NCBI GenBank assembly: GCA_028715175.1
Contig: JAQUSJ010000001.1
Coordinates: 472,368 to 536,367 of the forward strand
Direction of reading: 5' to 3'
DNA from: Candidatus Daviesbacteria bacterium
GTDB taxonomy: Bacteria > Patescibacteriota > Microgenomatia > Daviesbacterales > UBA10151
Length of the DNA: 64,000 nt
The notes under the pieces were generated by a model. It saw only the letters and a list, made by a program, of their open reading frames with translations, did not search any database and had not been told where the DNA came from. This document shows positions 55,069 through 64,000 of the stretch, piece after piece (position 1 is the stretch's first letter; every line of letters starts with the position of its first letter). Both the position numbers and the translations under genes were made by a program.

Positions 55069-55677
55069 ATGTTAAAGCCCTATGCTCCCAGATTGCATGA
55101 AATGATGAAGGAAGTGTTGATGAAACCGGATGCGTCTGGTCCGGAAATTCACTATTACATGGTCCGGGGCGGCAAAGACAAGACAAACATAACGGTTTGG
55201 GAAACAGGTACGGTGGGTGGTGAATATATTAAGACCTACGGACATTATCATGTTGGTCAGCTTGATGAAACATATCATGTAGCCGCCGGTGAAGGAATAG
55301 TTCTGCTGCAAGAGAGGAAGCTAGATTCCAAGGGCAATCCGATTGATGATGAAATAGAAACTTTTTATGCAATACCTGTAAAACCCGGGGACAGCATATT
55401 TATTCCTTCGGGTACCGGACATTTAATTGCAAATACCGGAAAGACTTGGCTGGTGATGGTTGATAATTCTCCTGTGAACTTTGAGGAAGTTGATCCGGTA
55501 TCTTTACCCGGTCATGCAGATTATGAACCGGTCAAAAAAATGCAGGGGTTTGCTTATTATGTGATTGAAGAGGATGGAAAACCAAAATTAGTGAAGAATC
55601 TCAAGTATAAAGTTGTTCCGGAACCAGTTTGGTTTACCCCTGAAGAATACGCCCAAAAAATTGCCTCAAAACCCTAG
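55069..55677 (+). CDS. Cupin-type glucose-6-phosphate isomerase
   Basis: GGEYIKTYGHYH, ETY...GEG, IPSGTGH..ANTG; within the pentose-phosphate cluster. Confidence 0.85.
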   Translation: MLKPYAPRLHEMMKEVLMKPDASGPEIHYYMVRGGKDKTNITVWETGTVGGEYIKTYGHYHVGQLDETYHVAAGEGIVLLQERKLDSKGNPIDDEIETFYAIPVKPGDSIFIPSGTGHLIANTGKTWLVMVDNSPVNFEEVDPVSLPGHADYEPVKKMQGFAYYVIEEDGKPKLVKNLKYKVVPEPVWFTPEEYAQKIASKP

Positions 55678-55718
55678 GTGTAGCTTCACTCCTACCTCCG
55701 AGGTGGGATACAAATTGC

Positions 55719-56909
55719 TTATTCATATCTTAATGCCTGGATGGGATCTAAGCGGGCAGCACGGATAGCCGGAGCAACTCCAAAGATTATTCCCACCAGA
55801 GTAGAGAATCCAAAAGAGAGTAATACCGACCACCAGGGTACTGTGGTAGTAAAAAATCTGCCGACAATCAAAGATATTCCTACTCCTAAAACAATACCGA
55901 TAATTCCTCCAAAGCCGGATAAAATAATTGCCTCAACCAAAAATTGATTCCGAATATCGGAAGGTCTTGCTCCAACCGCCTTTCGCAACCCAATCTCCCG
56001 GGTTCTTTCCGTAACCGATACCAGCATGATATTCATGATTCCGATGCCTCCTACCAATAGCGATATTGCCGCAATTCCCCCCAATGCCGCTGTTAAAACT
56101 CCCGTAATTTGAGAAATGGTAGATAAGGTTTGCTCTTGGCTTTGTACAGTAAAATCATCTTCAGTTAAGCGTTTTTTCAAAATCGCTATAGCCTTTTTTT
56201 GAACGCTAGCAACATTACTGGAATTATTGGCCCCGATGTAAATGGTATTTAATCTGTCAATGCCGAATTGCCTTTGTGCTGTAGTAATCGGCATATAGAT
56301 TGAATTATCCTGGTCAATTCCAAAAATCGAACCTCTTGGTTCCAAAATACCTATTACGGTATACTTTTGGCCTGCCACATCAATTGACTGGTTTAATGGT
56401 TGGCCCTGGGCAAACAAATTATTCTTTACTGTTTGGCCGATCACGGCAACACGCCTCGCAGCTTGTTGATCAACTTCCCTGAAAAATCTTCCGCCGGATA
56501 GCTTAATGGAGATAATTTTGGGATAAGTTGCCTCGACTCCAAAAACAGCTGCTCCTTTATCATTTTTATTTTTGAATTGTAATGTTGCATTCTTTTGGAC
56601 AGCACCGGATATTTCTGCTTCACCTGCCAATTTCATTTTAAGATTTAGGGCATCTTGATATACCAGTTTGTTTTCCTGAATACCTCCTGGAGACCTTGCC
56701 CCTCCGACCCTGCCCGGAATAACAAACAACAAATTTGACCCTAAACCTTGAATTTGAGTTGTAATAAAGGTTTGAAGACCGGAAACAACAGCTATCAGTA
56801 AAATTACTGAAGTTACTCCAATAACTATGCCGAGGGTTGTTAAAAATGACCGCACTTTGTTAGCTAAAATTGCAGTAAAAGCTGATTTTATAGTTTGAAC
56901 AATTTCCAT
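55719..56909 (-). CDS. MacB/FtsX-type ABC permease
   Basis: RSFLTTLGIVIG, GGIGIMNIMLVSVTERTREIGLRKAVGA, DPIQALRYE. Confidence 0.95.
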   Translation of the reverse strand: MEIVQTIKSAFTAILANKVRSFLTTLGIVIGVTSVILLIAVVSGLQTFITTQIQGLGSNLLFVIPGRVGGARSPGGIQENKLVYQDALNLKMKLAGEAEISGAVQKNATLQFKNKNDKGAAVFGVEATYPKIISIKLSGGRFFREVDQQAARRVAVIGQTVKNNLFAQGQPLNQSIDVAGQKYTVIGILEPRGSIFGIDQDNSIYMPITTAQRQFGIDRLNTIYIGANNSSNVASVQKKAIAILKKRLTEDDFTVQSQEQTLSTISQITGVLTAALGGIAAISLLVGGIGIMNIMLVSVTERTREIGLRKAVGARPSDIRNQFLVEAIILSGFGGIIGIVLGVGISLIVGRFFTTTVPWWSVLLSFGFSTLVGIIFGVAPAIRAARLDPIQALRYE

Positions 56910-56910
56910 A

Positions 56911-57576
56911 TTAAGTTATTTCTCCATCCTTGATTTTGATAACTCTTCTGGCATTCTTAGCTATATCGGCTTCGTGGGTAATCATGACAATGGTTTTGCC
57001 TTGATTGTGTAGCTCCTGGAAAATTTTCATGATTTCCTGGCCAGATTTGGAATCCAGATTTCCTGTGGGTTCATCTGCCAAAATAATTTCCGGGTTATTC
57101 ACCAGTGCCCGGGCAATTGCTACCCTTTGCTGTTGGCCTCCGGAAAGCTGGCTTGGGCGGGAGTTAAGTTTATCGTCAAGCCCTACCTGCTCCAGGGCTT
57201 TTTTTGCCATATCTTTTCGCTTATCTTCCGAAACCCCTGCATAAATTAAAGGTATGGCTACATTATCCAAAGCAGATGTTCTTGGAAGTAGATTAAATGA
57301 TTGAAAAACAAAGCCTATTTTTTTATTTCTGATCCTTGCCGAGTTATCTTCTTTCAAACGAGAGGTATCTTGTCCGTCAAGTTCATATAATCCTGTTGTG
57401 GGTTTATCCAGCAAACCAATGATATTCATAAGTGTTGATTTTCCCGAACCTGAAGCCCCGATAATTGCTACGAATTCGCCTTTTTTAATATCCAGGTTGA
57501 TATTTTTCAAAGCCTGGAATTTTACTTCTCCTGAATTGTAGATTTTATTGATCTTTAAAAGTTTTACTAGAGTCAT
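56911..57576 (-). CDS. ABC ATP-binding protein (LolD/MacB type)
   Basis: [27 protein letters not shown]. Confidence 0.96.
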   Translation of the reverse strand: MTLVKLLKINKIYNSGEVKFQALKNINLDIKKGEFVAIIGASGSGKSTLMNIIGLLDKPTTGLYELDGQDTSRLKEDNSARIRNKKIGFVFQSFNLLPRTSALDNVAIPLIYAGVSEDKRKDMAKKALEQVGLDDKLNSRPSQLSGGQQQRVAIARALVNNPEIILADEPTGNLDSKSGQEIMKIFQELHNQGKTIVMITHEADIAKNARRVIKIKDGEIT

Positions 57577-58622
57577 TTTACATTTGTTGGTAATTTGGCG
57601 CCCGGAGCAGGGGGGTTTAGTAAAACGGTTTCTCCCTCACTCAGTCCATCTTTAATTTCTACATCTGTATCCGAACTGATTCCCGGAGTGACTTTTTGTA
57701 CGCTTAATGTATTGCCTTTTTTCAAAACAACACTATTGTCGTCACGTAAAGCTTCTTGCGAGATAGTCAGGACACTGCCTTCTTCTTTCGTTATAATTGA
57801 TACTTGTCCTGTTAAACCGTTTACTAAAGATAAATTCTGATCATTCAGTTTAATTCTGACAGTTACCACATTGGCTCCCTGCGTGGTAGTCTTTGTCTGG
57901 GGAATTATTCGGTCAACAATGCCTGTTAGTGTTTTATCCGGGTACGCATCTAAAGTTAGATCTGCTTTCATGCCCAAAGCAATGCTGCCGTAATCCGCTT
58001 CATCAATATCAGCATCAAAAAAAATGGCCGAAGTATCAACAACTTGAGCGATTAAGTCGGATTGAGAAACTATTTGGCCGGAAACTTCAATTGCCTGCGT
58101 CACTATTCCATTAATAGGTGAGATGATTACAGCATCCTGGAAAGCTCTTTGGGCAGCCTTCACAGCGTCAAATGCAGAGTCTCTGGCAGCTTGGGCAGTA
58201 GTTCTGGTTACTTTTTGGGCGAATGATTCATCGCTTGAGTGATCTTTAACATCATCTTCGGCTTTCTGCGCAATTGCCTGTTTGTCTCTTAAAGTATTTT
58301 GTGCTTGCTGAAGGGCAATAGCAAGATCCTGAGTATCCAGTCCGGCAATAACTTGACCGGCATAAACTTTATCTCCGGCTTTAACATTTGAGTAACTCAA
58401 TTTTCCTGATGATTTAAACTTCAAATTGACAGTATTTTTACCTGTTAACGTACCGGAGGATGAAACAGTAGCTTTGATATCCTGTTTTTTAACATTTGCA
58501 AATTGTAATGGGGTTTCTTTCTTTTGGCCGAAAAAATAAAAGCCTGTTATTGCTGCTATGATTAAAAGACCCAGTATAAAGATTTTCTTTTTACCGGGTT
58601 TTAAGATATCCGGAATTCGCAT
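57573..58622 (-). CDS. MacA-like membrane fusion/adaptor protein
   Basis: N-terminal TM, lipoyl halves, ISPINGIV, EIKDGLSEGE. Confidence 0.92.
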   Translation of the reverse strand: MRIPDILKPGKKKIFILGLLIIAAITGFYFFGQKKETPLQFANVKKQDIKATVSSSGTLTGKNTVNLKFKSSGKLSYSNVKAGDKVYAGQVIAGLDTQDLAIALQQAQNTLRDKQAIAQKAEDDVKDHSSDESFAQKVTRTTAQAARDSAFDAVKAAQRAFQDAVIISPINGIVTQAIEVSGQIVSQSDLIAQVVDTSAIFFDADIDEADYGSIALGMKADLTLDAYPDKTLTGIVDRIIPQTKTTTQGANVVTVRIKLNDQNLSLVNGLTGQVSIITKEEGSVLTISQEALRDDNSVVLKKGNTLSVQKVTPGISSDTDVEIKDGLSEGETVLLNPPAPGAKLPTNVK

Positions 58623-58638
58623 GATCCGTGTATTTTAA

Positions 58639-59232
58639 TCATTTCCTGATTAAGTTGCAAACGCGGCTTACAGCTTCATCCAGTTTACCGGGGATATTTT
58701 CAACAACAAAATCATAGCTATCTTTAAACTCTTGCCAAAATTTGGCATCTTCACTCATTCTTTTGGCAATTTCTTCTTCCCTTAAACCGCGCTTTTTTAA
58801 CCTTGTTAAAACAACATCATCATTGACAGTTAAATAGATTACCTTGACTTTTTTTAACAAATCTTCAGCCAAGTTAGGTTCAAAAGAGTCTTTTATAAAT
58901 TTTCTAATTTGGCCGGCTCTAGATGGATCTATCCTCCAGATTAAATTTTTATGCAAATTGTTGGTAATTTGAGATTTCTCAGTGCCATATAAATTCCCTC
59001 CGTACTCCACATATTCAATGAAGTCACCCTTGTCTATTTTTTCTCTAAAATCCGGCTCAGAGATAAAATTGTAGTCCACGCCATTTTTCTCTCCAGGTCT
59101 TAGATGTCTTGAAGTAGTGGTAATTACTCTTTCAAAACCAGGGAATCTAGAAAGAAGCTTAGCCATTACAGTATCCTTACCCGAAGCTGTTTTTCCGGTG
59201 AGAACTACCAGAAGTTTAGAAGATTGTTCCAC
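58639..59232 (-). CDS. gmk: Guanylate kinase
   Basis: GKTASGKDT, TTTSR..RPGEKNGVDYNF, YGT. Confidence 0.92.
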   Translation of the reverse strand: MEQSSKLLVVLTGKTASGKDTVMAKLLSRFPGFERVITTTSRHLRPGEKNGVDYNFISEPDFREKIDKGDFIEYVEYGGNLYGTEKSQITNNLHKNLIWRIDPSRAGQIRKFIKDSFEPNLAEDLLKKVKVIYLTVNDDVVLTRLKKRGLREEEIAKRMSEDAKFWQEFKDSYDFVVENIPGKLDEAVSRVCNLIRK

Positions 59233-59235
59233 TTC

Positions 59236-59595
59236 TTAATTATGGTCAATGGAGATTAATTTTTCAATAGTATGATCTTTATAGATAATCTTGCGGTGCT
59301 CTTTGGGCAAAGTCAATCCGTGGATGATTCCGCCCAAAAGAATGCCTTTGGTAACAATGTAATCGACTACGCCGAGGGACACGAAAAATGAAACCAGGAG
59401 AATTACAGAAAAATATATCCAGTGATGAAAATGTATCACTCTGCCAAATATTTTAACTCTTAGCACAGGAAAAACCTGGACTCTTTTTGTCTTAATGCTT
59501 GGCATTTTCCTTCTGATTCGTGAAGTCGGGTGAGTTACTGTTCTGGATGCTAAATAACCTAGTGCCGTAGCTGGTATTAATGATAAATATTCCAT
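59236..59595 (-). CDS. Hypothetical membrane protein
   Basis: IHFHHW motif and TM helices. Confidence 0.7.
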   Translation of the reverse strand: MEYLSLIPATALGYLASRTVTHPTSRIRRKMPSIKTKRVQVFPVLRVKIFGRVIHFHHWIYFSVILLVSFFVSLGVVDYIVTKGILLGGIIHGLTLPKEHRKIIYKDHTIEKLISIDHN

Positions 59596-59635
59596 AAACT
59601 AACCATGTATATATGGTACTAAAAACAGCTTCCCT

Positions 59636-59911
59636 ATGCAAATTCTAAAGCGTGGTATAATAACTTCCGTGAACACGACGCAAGACTTTTTAAACATTAT
59701 ATTGACTTTAGGACTTCTTGTTATAACAGTCTGTATAGTTTATGTTTCCTATTATTTGGTGAAGGCTCTAAAATCGGTTACCAATCTTTCGGATTCTCTG
59801 GAAGATACGGCTCAGGGCATAAAAGATAAAATTCAAATTAAGGCATTGGCTGCAATTCCTGCTCTTTTAGTAGCTATTGCCGGAAAAATAATCAAAAAGA
59901 AAAGGGGGTGA
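59636..59911 (+). CDS. Small membrane protein (DUF948-like)
   Basis: TM + coiled segment; paired with a YtxH-like gene; start may be GTG 59669. Confidence 0.65.
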   Translation: MQILKRGIITSVNTTQDFLNIILTLGLLVITVCIVYVSYYLVKALKSVTNLSDSLEDTAQGIKDKIQIKALAAIPALLVAIAGKIIKKKRG

Positions 59912-59915
59912 GTTT

Positions 59916-60176
59916 ATGACAGAAGAAAATAAAGGTCCAAATCCGCTGGCAACCGGTGTGGCTGGCGCAATTATTGGCGCCGCAGCCGCAGCCGCAGCTA
60001 TCGCTCTTTCGGATGAGAAAAATAGGAAAAAAGCAGAAAAAGTTTTAGAGGGTTTACAAAAAGAAGGCAATAAAGTCTTAAAAGAAATCAGTAAAAAGGC
60101 GATGGAGATAAAAGATTCAGTCAGCCGGACTCAAGAAGTGAAAGAAACCAAAAAATTAAAAGCTAAAGGAAAGTAG
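59916..60176 (+). CDS. YtxH-like protein
   Basis: GAIIGAAAAAAAIAL + Lys/Glu-rich helix; SD GGGGGTG. Confidence 0.75.
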   Translation: MTEENKGPNPLATGVAGAIIGAAAAAAAIALSDEKNRKKAEKVLEGLQKEGNKVLKEISKKAMEIKDSVSRTQEVKETKKLKAKGK

Positions 60177-60590
60177 GATTATTTGGTATACTTAAAAATA
60201 TATGTTTATTCAAAGTCGGCCTAATGCTTTTTTCGTGGTAATTTTCCTGTCAATTATAGTTATTTTTCTTTATAGTTTGGGTTTGCTTCATTTTCTTGCC
60301 TGCAGCAGCCAAAACCCAACTCTTTTCTCTGTTTTGGGCTTCATTGAGAGTGTTTTAGGTATTTCGTATCCGCTGGGTACAAGAGTCATTAGCACCTATA
60401 TGCCCTTAACAAATTGCAGTTTCTAATTTCTGGTGAAAATTATGCCCACTGTCTTTTATAGAGAGGGTGTGCTATACTTAATAATAGTTGATTTAGAATT
60501 TTAAGCTACAGAGATCATTTTTTCCTCTAAGGACTGACTTTTCAAGTAGCTCCTGATATTTTTAAATATTAGTTTTCTTTTTCATACCTT

Positions 60591-61880
60591 ATGTACAACA
60601 GTAATCGATATAAGCATAGCTTGAAATCTTCGCTACGCTCAAATTATAGAAACAGAGTATCAATCCGCCATAGCGGTTCAGGTAATGGATTTTCCGGATC
60701 CTCTCGCAGAGGCAGGTTTGGTAATCCCGGATTCTCTTCAAATAACAGACAAAACACCCAAAGAAAGAGCCAGCTTGAAGGGGCAGACATTAACATGTTT
60801 ATCCGTAAATCCTGCCAAAATACTTTTGAACCGGAACAAAATACTGCTCAAACCTTTCAGAATTTTAACCTTAATCCAATTTTAAAACAAAATATAGCGG
60901 ATAAAGGCTACCTGCAACCCACCCCAATTCAACTTCAAGCGATAAACCCTATTTTAGAAGGCCGTGATGTAATTGGTCTTGCTTCCACAGGCACAGGAAA
61001 AACAGCTGCTTTCCTTATCCCTCTTATTCATAAAATCTATCTTAATGAAAGTCAAAAGGTATTAATTGTTGTTCCAACCAGGGAATTGGCCCTGCAAATT
61101 CAGGAGGAATTTAAGAATTTAAGCCGGAATATGAATTTGTATTCGGCATTTATAATCGGCGGAACCAATATGCGAAGACAAATTCAGGACCTGAGAAGAA
61201 ATCCGCACCTGGTAATCGCAACACCCGGACGCTTGAAAGATCTGATAGAGCGGAAAGCCATATTCCTGGATGATTTTCCCAATATTGTTTTAGATGAAGT
61301 AGATTTGATGGTAGATATAGGGTTTATCAGGGATGTTAAATTTTTTATCTCACTCATGCCAAAGGCGCGCCAGTCACTTTTTTTCTCTGCAACAATTCCA
61401 CCAAAAGTACAGGATATTCTTCAATCCTTTGTTACCAATCCAATAACTATTTCAATAAAGAAACAGGATACGCCGGAAAATGTTACGCAGGATGTTGTAA
61501 GGGTAGAGAAAATGGAAAAAAAGATAGACCAGCTTCATGATATATTAATTAAAGACGGTTTTGACAAAGTGCTGATCTTCGGCAGAACTAAACACGGGAT
61601 TGAAAAACTCAATAGGGAGTTGGAATCCCGGGGTTTTAAAGTGGGGGCAATTCACGGAAATAAAAGACAAAGTCAAAGACAAAGGGTCTTGCAGAGTTTT
61701 AAAGCTTCAGAAATACAAATCCTTTTAGCCACAGACTTAGCCTCCCGTGGTTTAGATATAGATAATGTTACACACGTTATAAACTATGATCTTCCTCAAA
61801 CTTATGATGATTATATTCACAGAATTGGAAGAACAGGCAGAGCCGGAAAAACAGGTTTTGCTCTGACATTTGTCAGTTAA
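60591..61880 (+). CDS. DEAD/DEVD-box RNA helicase
   Basis: Q motif, TGTGKT, PTRELA, TPGR, DEVD, SAT, SRGLD, HRIGRTGR. Confidence 0.96.
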   Translation: MYNSNRYKHSLKSSLRSNYRNRVSIRHSGSGNGFSGSSRRGRFGNPGFSSNNRQNTQRKSQLEGADINMFIRKSCQNTFEPEQNTAQTFQNFNLNPILKQNIADKGYLQPTPIQLQAINPILEGRDVIGLASTGTGKTAAFLIPLIHKIYLNESQKVLIVVPTRELALQIQEEFKNLSRNMNLYSAFIIGGTNMRRQIQDLRRNPHLVIATPGRLKDLIERKAIFLDDFPNIVLDEVDLMVDIGFIRDVKFFISLMPKARQSLFFSATIPPKVQDILQSFVTNPITISIKKQDTPENVTQDVVRVEKMEKKIDQLHDILIKDGFDKVLIFGRTKHGIEKLNRELESRGFKVGAIHGNKRQSQRQRVLQSFKASEIQILLATDLASRGLDIDNVTHVINYDLPQTYDDYIHRIGRTGRAGKTGFALTFVS

Positions 61881-61898
61881 TAGTGTTATACTAAGTCA

Positions 61899-62348
61899 GT
61901 GCAAACCTCCTTTTATGCAAGCGGATTCCTTTACAGCCTCAAAACCCACCAGATTCTTTTGTTAAAATCCCAACAGAAAGACAGCACGGATTTTTTATGG
62001 TCTACCCTGGGAGGGGAAAGCAGCGATGGGGAAGAGGCTCAAACCGCTTTTCAACGGATTATAAATGAGTCATTGAACTTGAATCTTAAAACAAAAGATA
62101 TTTATCCGGTCTATGATTACTTTTACGACGCAAGGGATAAAATTAATTATGTGTTTTATGCTGAAGTACAAAGTCCCAAAGAATTCGATTCTTTTAAAGG
62201 AGATGCTTTTTCGTGGGTGGCCTTTGGTGAAATAGCCAAACTTCCATTTACCACCCGTACCAAACAGGATGTTATAGTTGGCGAGCGTGTTATTAGTGCT
62301 AAATGGAGAGAAGATGAGGCTAAAAAGAATGGACCAAGCCTCATTTGA
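61899..62348 (+). CDS. NUDIX-fold hypothetical protein
   Basis: ASGFLY...ILL...LWSTLGG...AFQRIINESL (degenerate Nudix box). Confidence 0.65.
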   Translation: MQTSFYASGFLYSLKTHQILLLKSQQKDSTDFLWSTLGGESSDGEEAQTAFQRIINESLNLNLKTKDIYPVYDYFYDARDKINYVFYAEVQSPKEFDSFKGDAFSWVAFGEIAKLPFTTRTKQDVIVGERVISAKWREDEAKKNGPSLI

Positions 62349-62358
62349 CAGATAAGGG

Positions 62359-63105
62359 TTATTTAACTGCTGAAAAAGTAATACTTGATGCATATTCCGG
62401 TAAAAAGGCTGGAATTTCTTTGTGAATGGTGAGATTTGAAAATCCGGCACTTACAAGAAGTCTTAGATAATCTTGTTTCAAAATCGCACCGCTGACACAA
62501 CCTATTAGCAAGTCTTTATCATCTTTTAACTCATCAGGTAAGGGTTTTATTAAGACAACATCAGAAACCATCAATCTTCCACCAGTTTTTAATACTCTGT
62601 ATGCTTCTTTAAACACTTTTTCTTTATTGGGAGCTAAATTTATAACGCAGTTTGAGATAACTACATTGACTGAGCTATCTTCAACCGGCAGGTGCTCAAT
62701 ATCTCCTTTCCTAAACTCAACATTTGTAAAACCGCCCTTTTTAGCATTTTCCCTGGCTTTTTCCAGCATCTCATCTGTCATATCAACTCCAATCACCTTA
62801 CCGGTATTACCAACTCTTGAGGCAGCTAAAAAGGCATCAAAACCAGCTCCGGAGCCTAAATCCAAAACCACCTCACCTGGCTTTAATGAGGCAATCGCAA
62901 CAGGATTACCACAACCTAACCCTAAGTTTGAACCATCAGGAGCTTGTTTCATTTCATCTTGCGAATAACCCATCTGTCCTGACTGTAATTGAGCTGTTTG
63001 GTTAGCATTGGAGCAGCAACTTTTGCTTCCACAACACCCTGAAGTCTTGGCAATATTACCATACGACTGTTTAACTATTTTTTTAATATCCCGGGGACTA
63101 CTCAT
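62359..63105 (-). CDS. arsM: Arsenite S-adenosylmethyltransferase
   Basis: [32 protein letters not shown]; Cys-rich N-terminus. Confidence 0.93.
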   Translation of the reverse strand: MSSPRDIKKIVKQSYGNIAKTSGCCGSKSCCSNANQTAQLQSGQMGYSQDEMKQAPDGSNLGLGCGNPVAIASLKPGEVVLDLGSGAGFDAFLAASRVGNTGKVIGVDMTDEMLEKARENAKKGGFTNVEFRKGDIEHLPVEDSSVNVVISNCVINLAPNKEKVFKEAYRVLKTGGRLMVSDVVLIKPLPDELKDDKDLLIGCVSGAILKQDYLRLLVSAGFSNLTIHKEIPAFLPEYASSITFSAVK

Positions 63106-63194
63106 ATGTTGATTTTAGATAAAGAGTATAACCATTTGCTGTTTAAAAATAAATAGGTGGTATTAAAATTAAAGCTAATAAGCTCTTATAGCTA

Positions 63195-63359
63195 TTACCC
63201 TGGTATAGCCCTAAAGTCTAAATCAGATGGTGAAAAACCAACACCAACTTCTAGTACTCTGGCTACTCCAGCTTTATTTAGAGCTTCAGCTAAATTATCA
63301 GTTCCCATAAAACTTGTTATATCTCTAAGGTCAGCTCTAATAGGAATTTCTTTTCTCAT
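63195..63359 (-). pseudogene. Possible truncated SAM-methyltransferase-like fragment
   Basis: RVLEVGVG resembles motif I, followed by an early stop. Confidence 0.3.
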
Positions 63360-63587
63360 AATAGTAGAAATTATAAAGAATTCGAGGAAATAATGCAACC
63401 TATAGTTGATGGGTGGCTGGGCAGATTATAATTCTGAGTGAAGAATTTACTTCGTACCCAGATAAAGGAATTTCAGCCTGTTTATATGATTACAGATTAT
63501 TCATATAAATATGAAAAATGAATGTTTAAATGCTTGATATAGATAATCTATCTTGTCTTTTCGAAGTTTTGGAGTTAACATAAATTT

Positions 63588-63878
63588 ATGGATGAGAATA
63601 AGTTAAAAACAATAGTTGAGGAAGTTGTAAATAAAGCTGTAGATCCTATAAAAGAGGATTTAGCTGGAGTTAAACAAGACTTGAGTGGAGTTAAGGAAAC
63701 ACTAGAGGACCATACTAGGAAATTAGAAGCTTTGTCAGGAGATATGGAACAGGTTCTTTCGGAAGTAAAAGCCACACATGATGAAATAGGCCTTTGGCAT
63801 CAAAGAGACAAAAGAGAAATTGATCAAATCAAAAAACACCTGGATTTACCTCTCATACCAGATATACCCCAAGCTTAA
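63588..63878 (+). CDS. Coiled-coil hypothetical protein
   Basis: Heptad repeat DLAGVKQDLSGVKE; ends IKKHLDL. Confidence 0.7.
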   Translation: MDENKLKTIVEEVVNKAVDPIKEDLAGVKQDLSGVKETLEDHTRKLEALSGDMEQVLSEVKATHDEIGLWHQRDKREIDQIKKHLDLPLIPDIPQA

Positions 63879-64000
63879 GACAATTAGACTTACTTCATAC
63901 CAACTACAAGAATTTAAGCCTATTTATAGGATTCCAGATTATCGCTTAGGATATGAGTGATTTGCATTGATTTATAGCTTGCAGTAAAATCCCAGCATAT

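Noticed and set aside
60202-60426. 74-aa hydrophobic ORF
   Set aside because: T-rich composition with no recognisable family; it could be a small membrane protein but is unsupported.
60505-60552. Structured leader of the DEAD helicase (AGCTAC/GTAGCT enclosing AGAG/CTCT)
   Set aside because: Stems are too short to distinguish from chance without covariation data.
63428-63470. Degenerate family B-like sequence ATTCTGAGTGAAGAAT...TTCGTACCCAGA
   Set aside because: Similarity is partial, so it was not counted as a copy. The fragment at 20950-20973 was excluded for the same reason.

Overview
Chromosomal segment from a small-genome bacterium, most likely Patescibacteria/CPR (Microgenomates-like). 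This is inferred from gene content, widespread apparently leaderless genes, direct-repeat LexA boxes, a PaaX/Cas2-like gene and tRNA-Arg(TCG). Core genes: gatB (partial), dnaE, rplS, yraN, rsmI, lexA, uvrB/A/C, secG, corA, typA, an oxidative pentose-phosphate cluster, a MacAB-type exporter, gmk, a DEAD helicase, arsM and four tRNAs. Accessory modules: crp + EgtD-like + PAS kinase + response regulator; ECF sigma/anti-sigma + 1640-aa LPxTG adhesin + sortase; many self-promoted orphans. The most striking unexplained structure is a set of dispersed 15-62 bp palindromic micro-elements and 7/8-bp tandem micro-arrays. They sit in frame inside housekeeping genes (gatB, uvrA/B/C, gnd, rsmI, a PEP-synthase-like gene) in different reading frames, at stop codons, and inside broken duplicate halves of three tRNA genes. 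One of these broken tRNAs brackets a small GIY-YIG nuclease gene, the best candidate mobiliser (a REP/RAYT- or RPE-like system). Separately, a PaaX/Cas2-like gene is exactly bracketed by 38-bp palindromic direct repeats, an orphan gene sits between two allelic dedA 3' ends, and one orphan has a DGR-like variable C-terminus. All assignments are by eye; no database searches were run.
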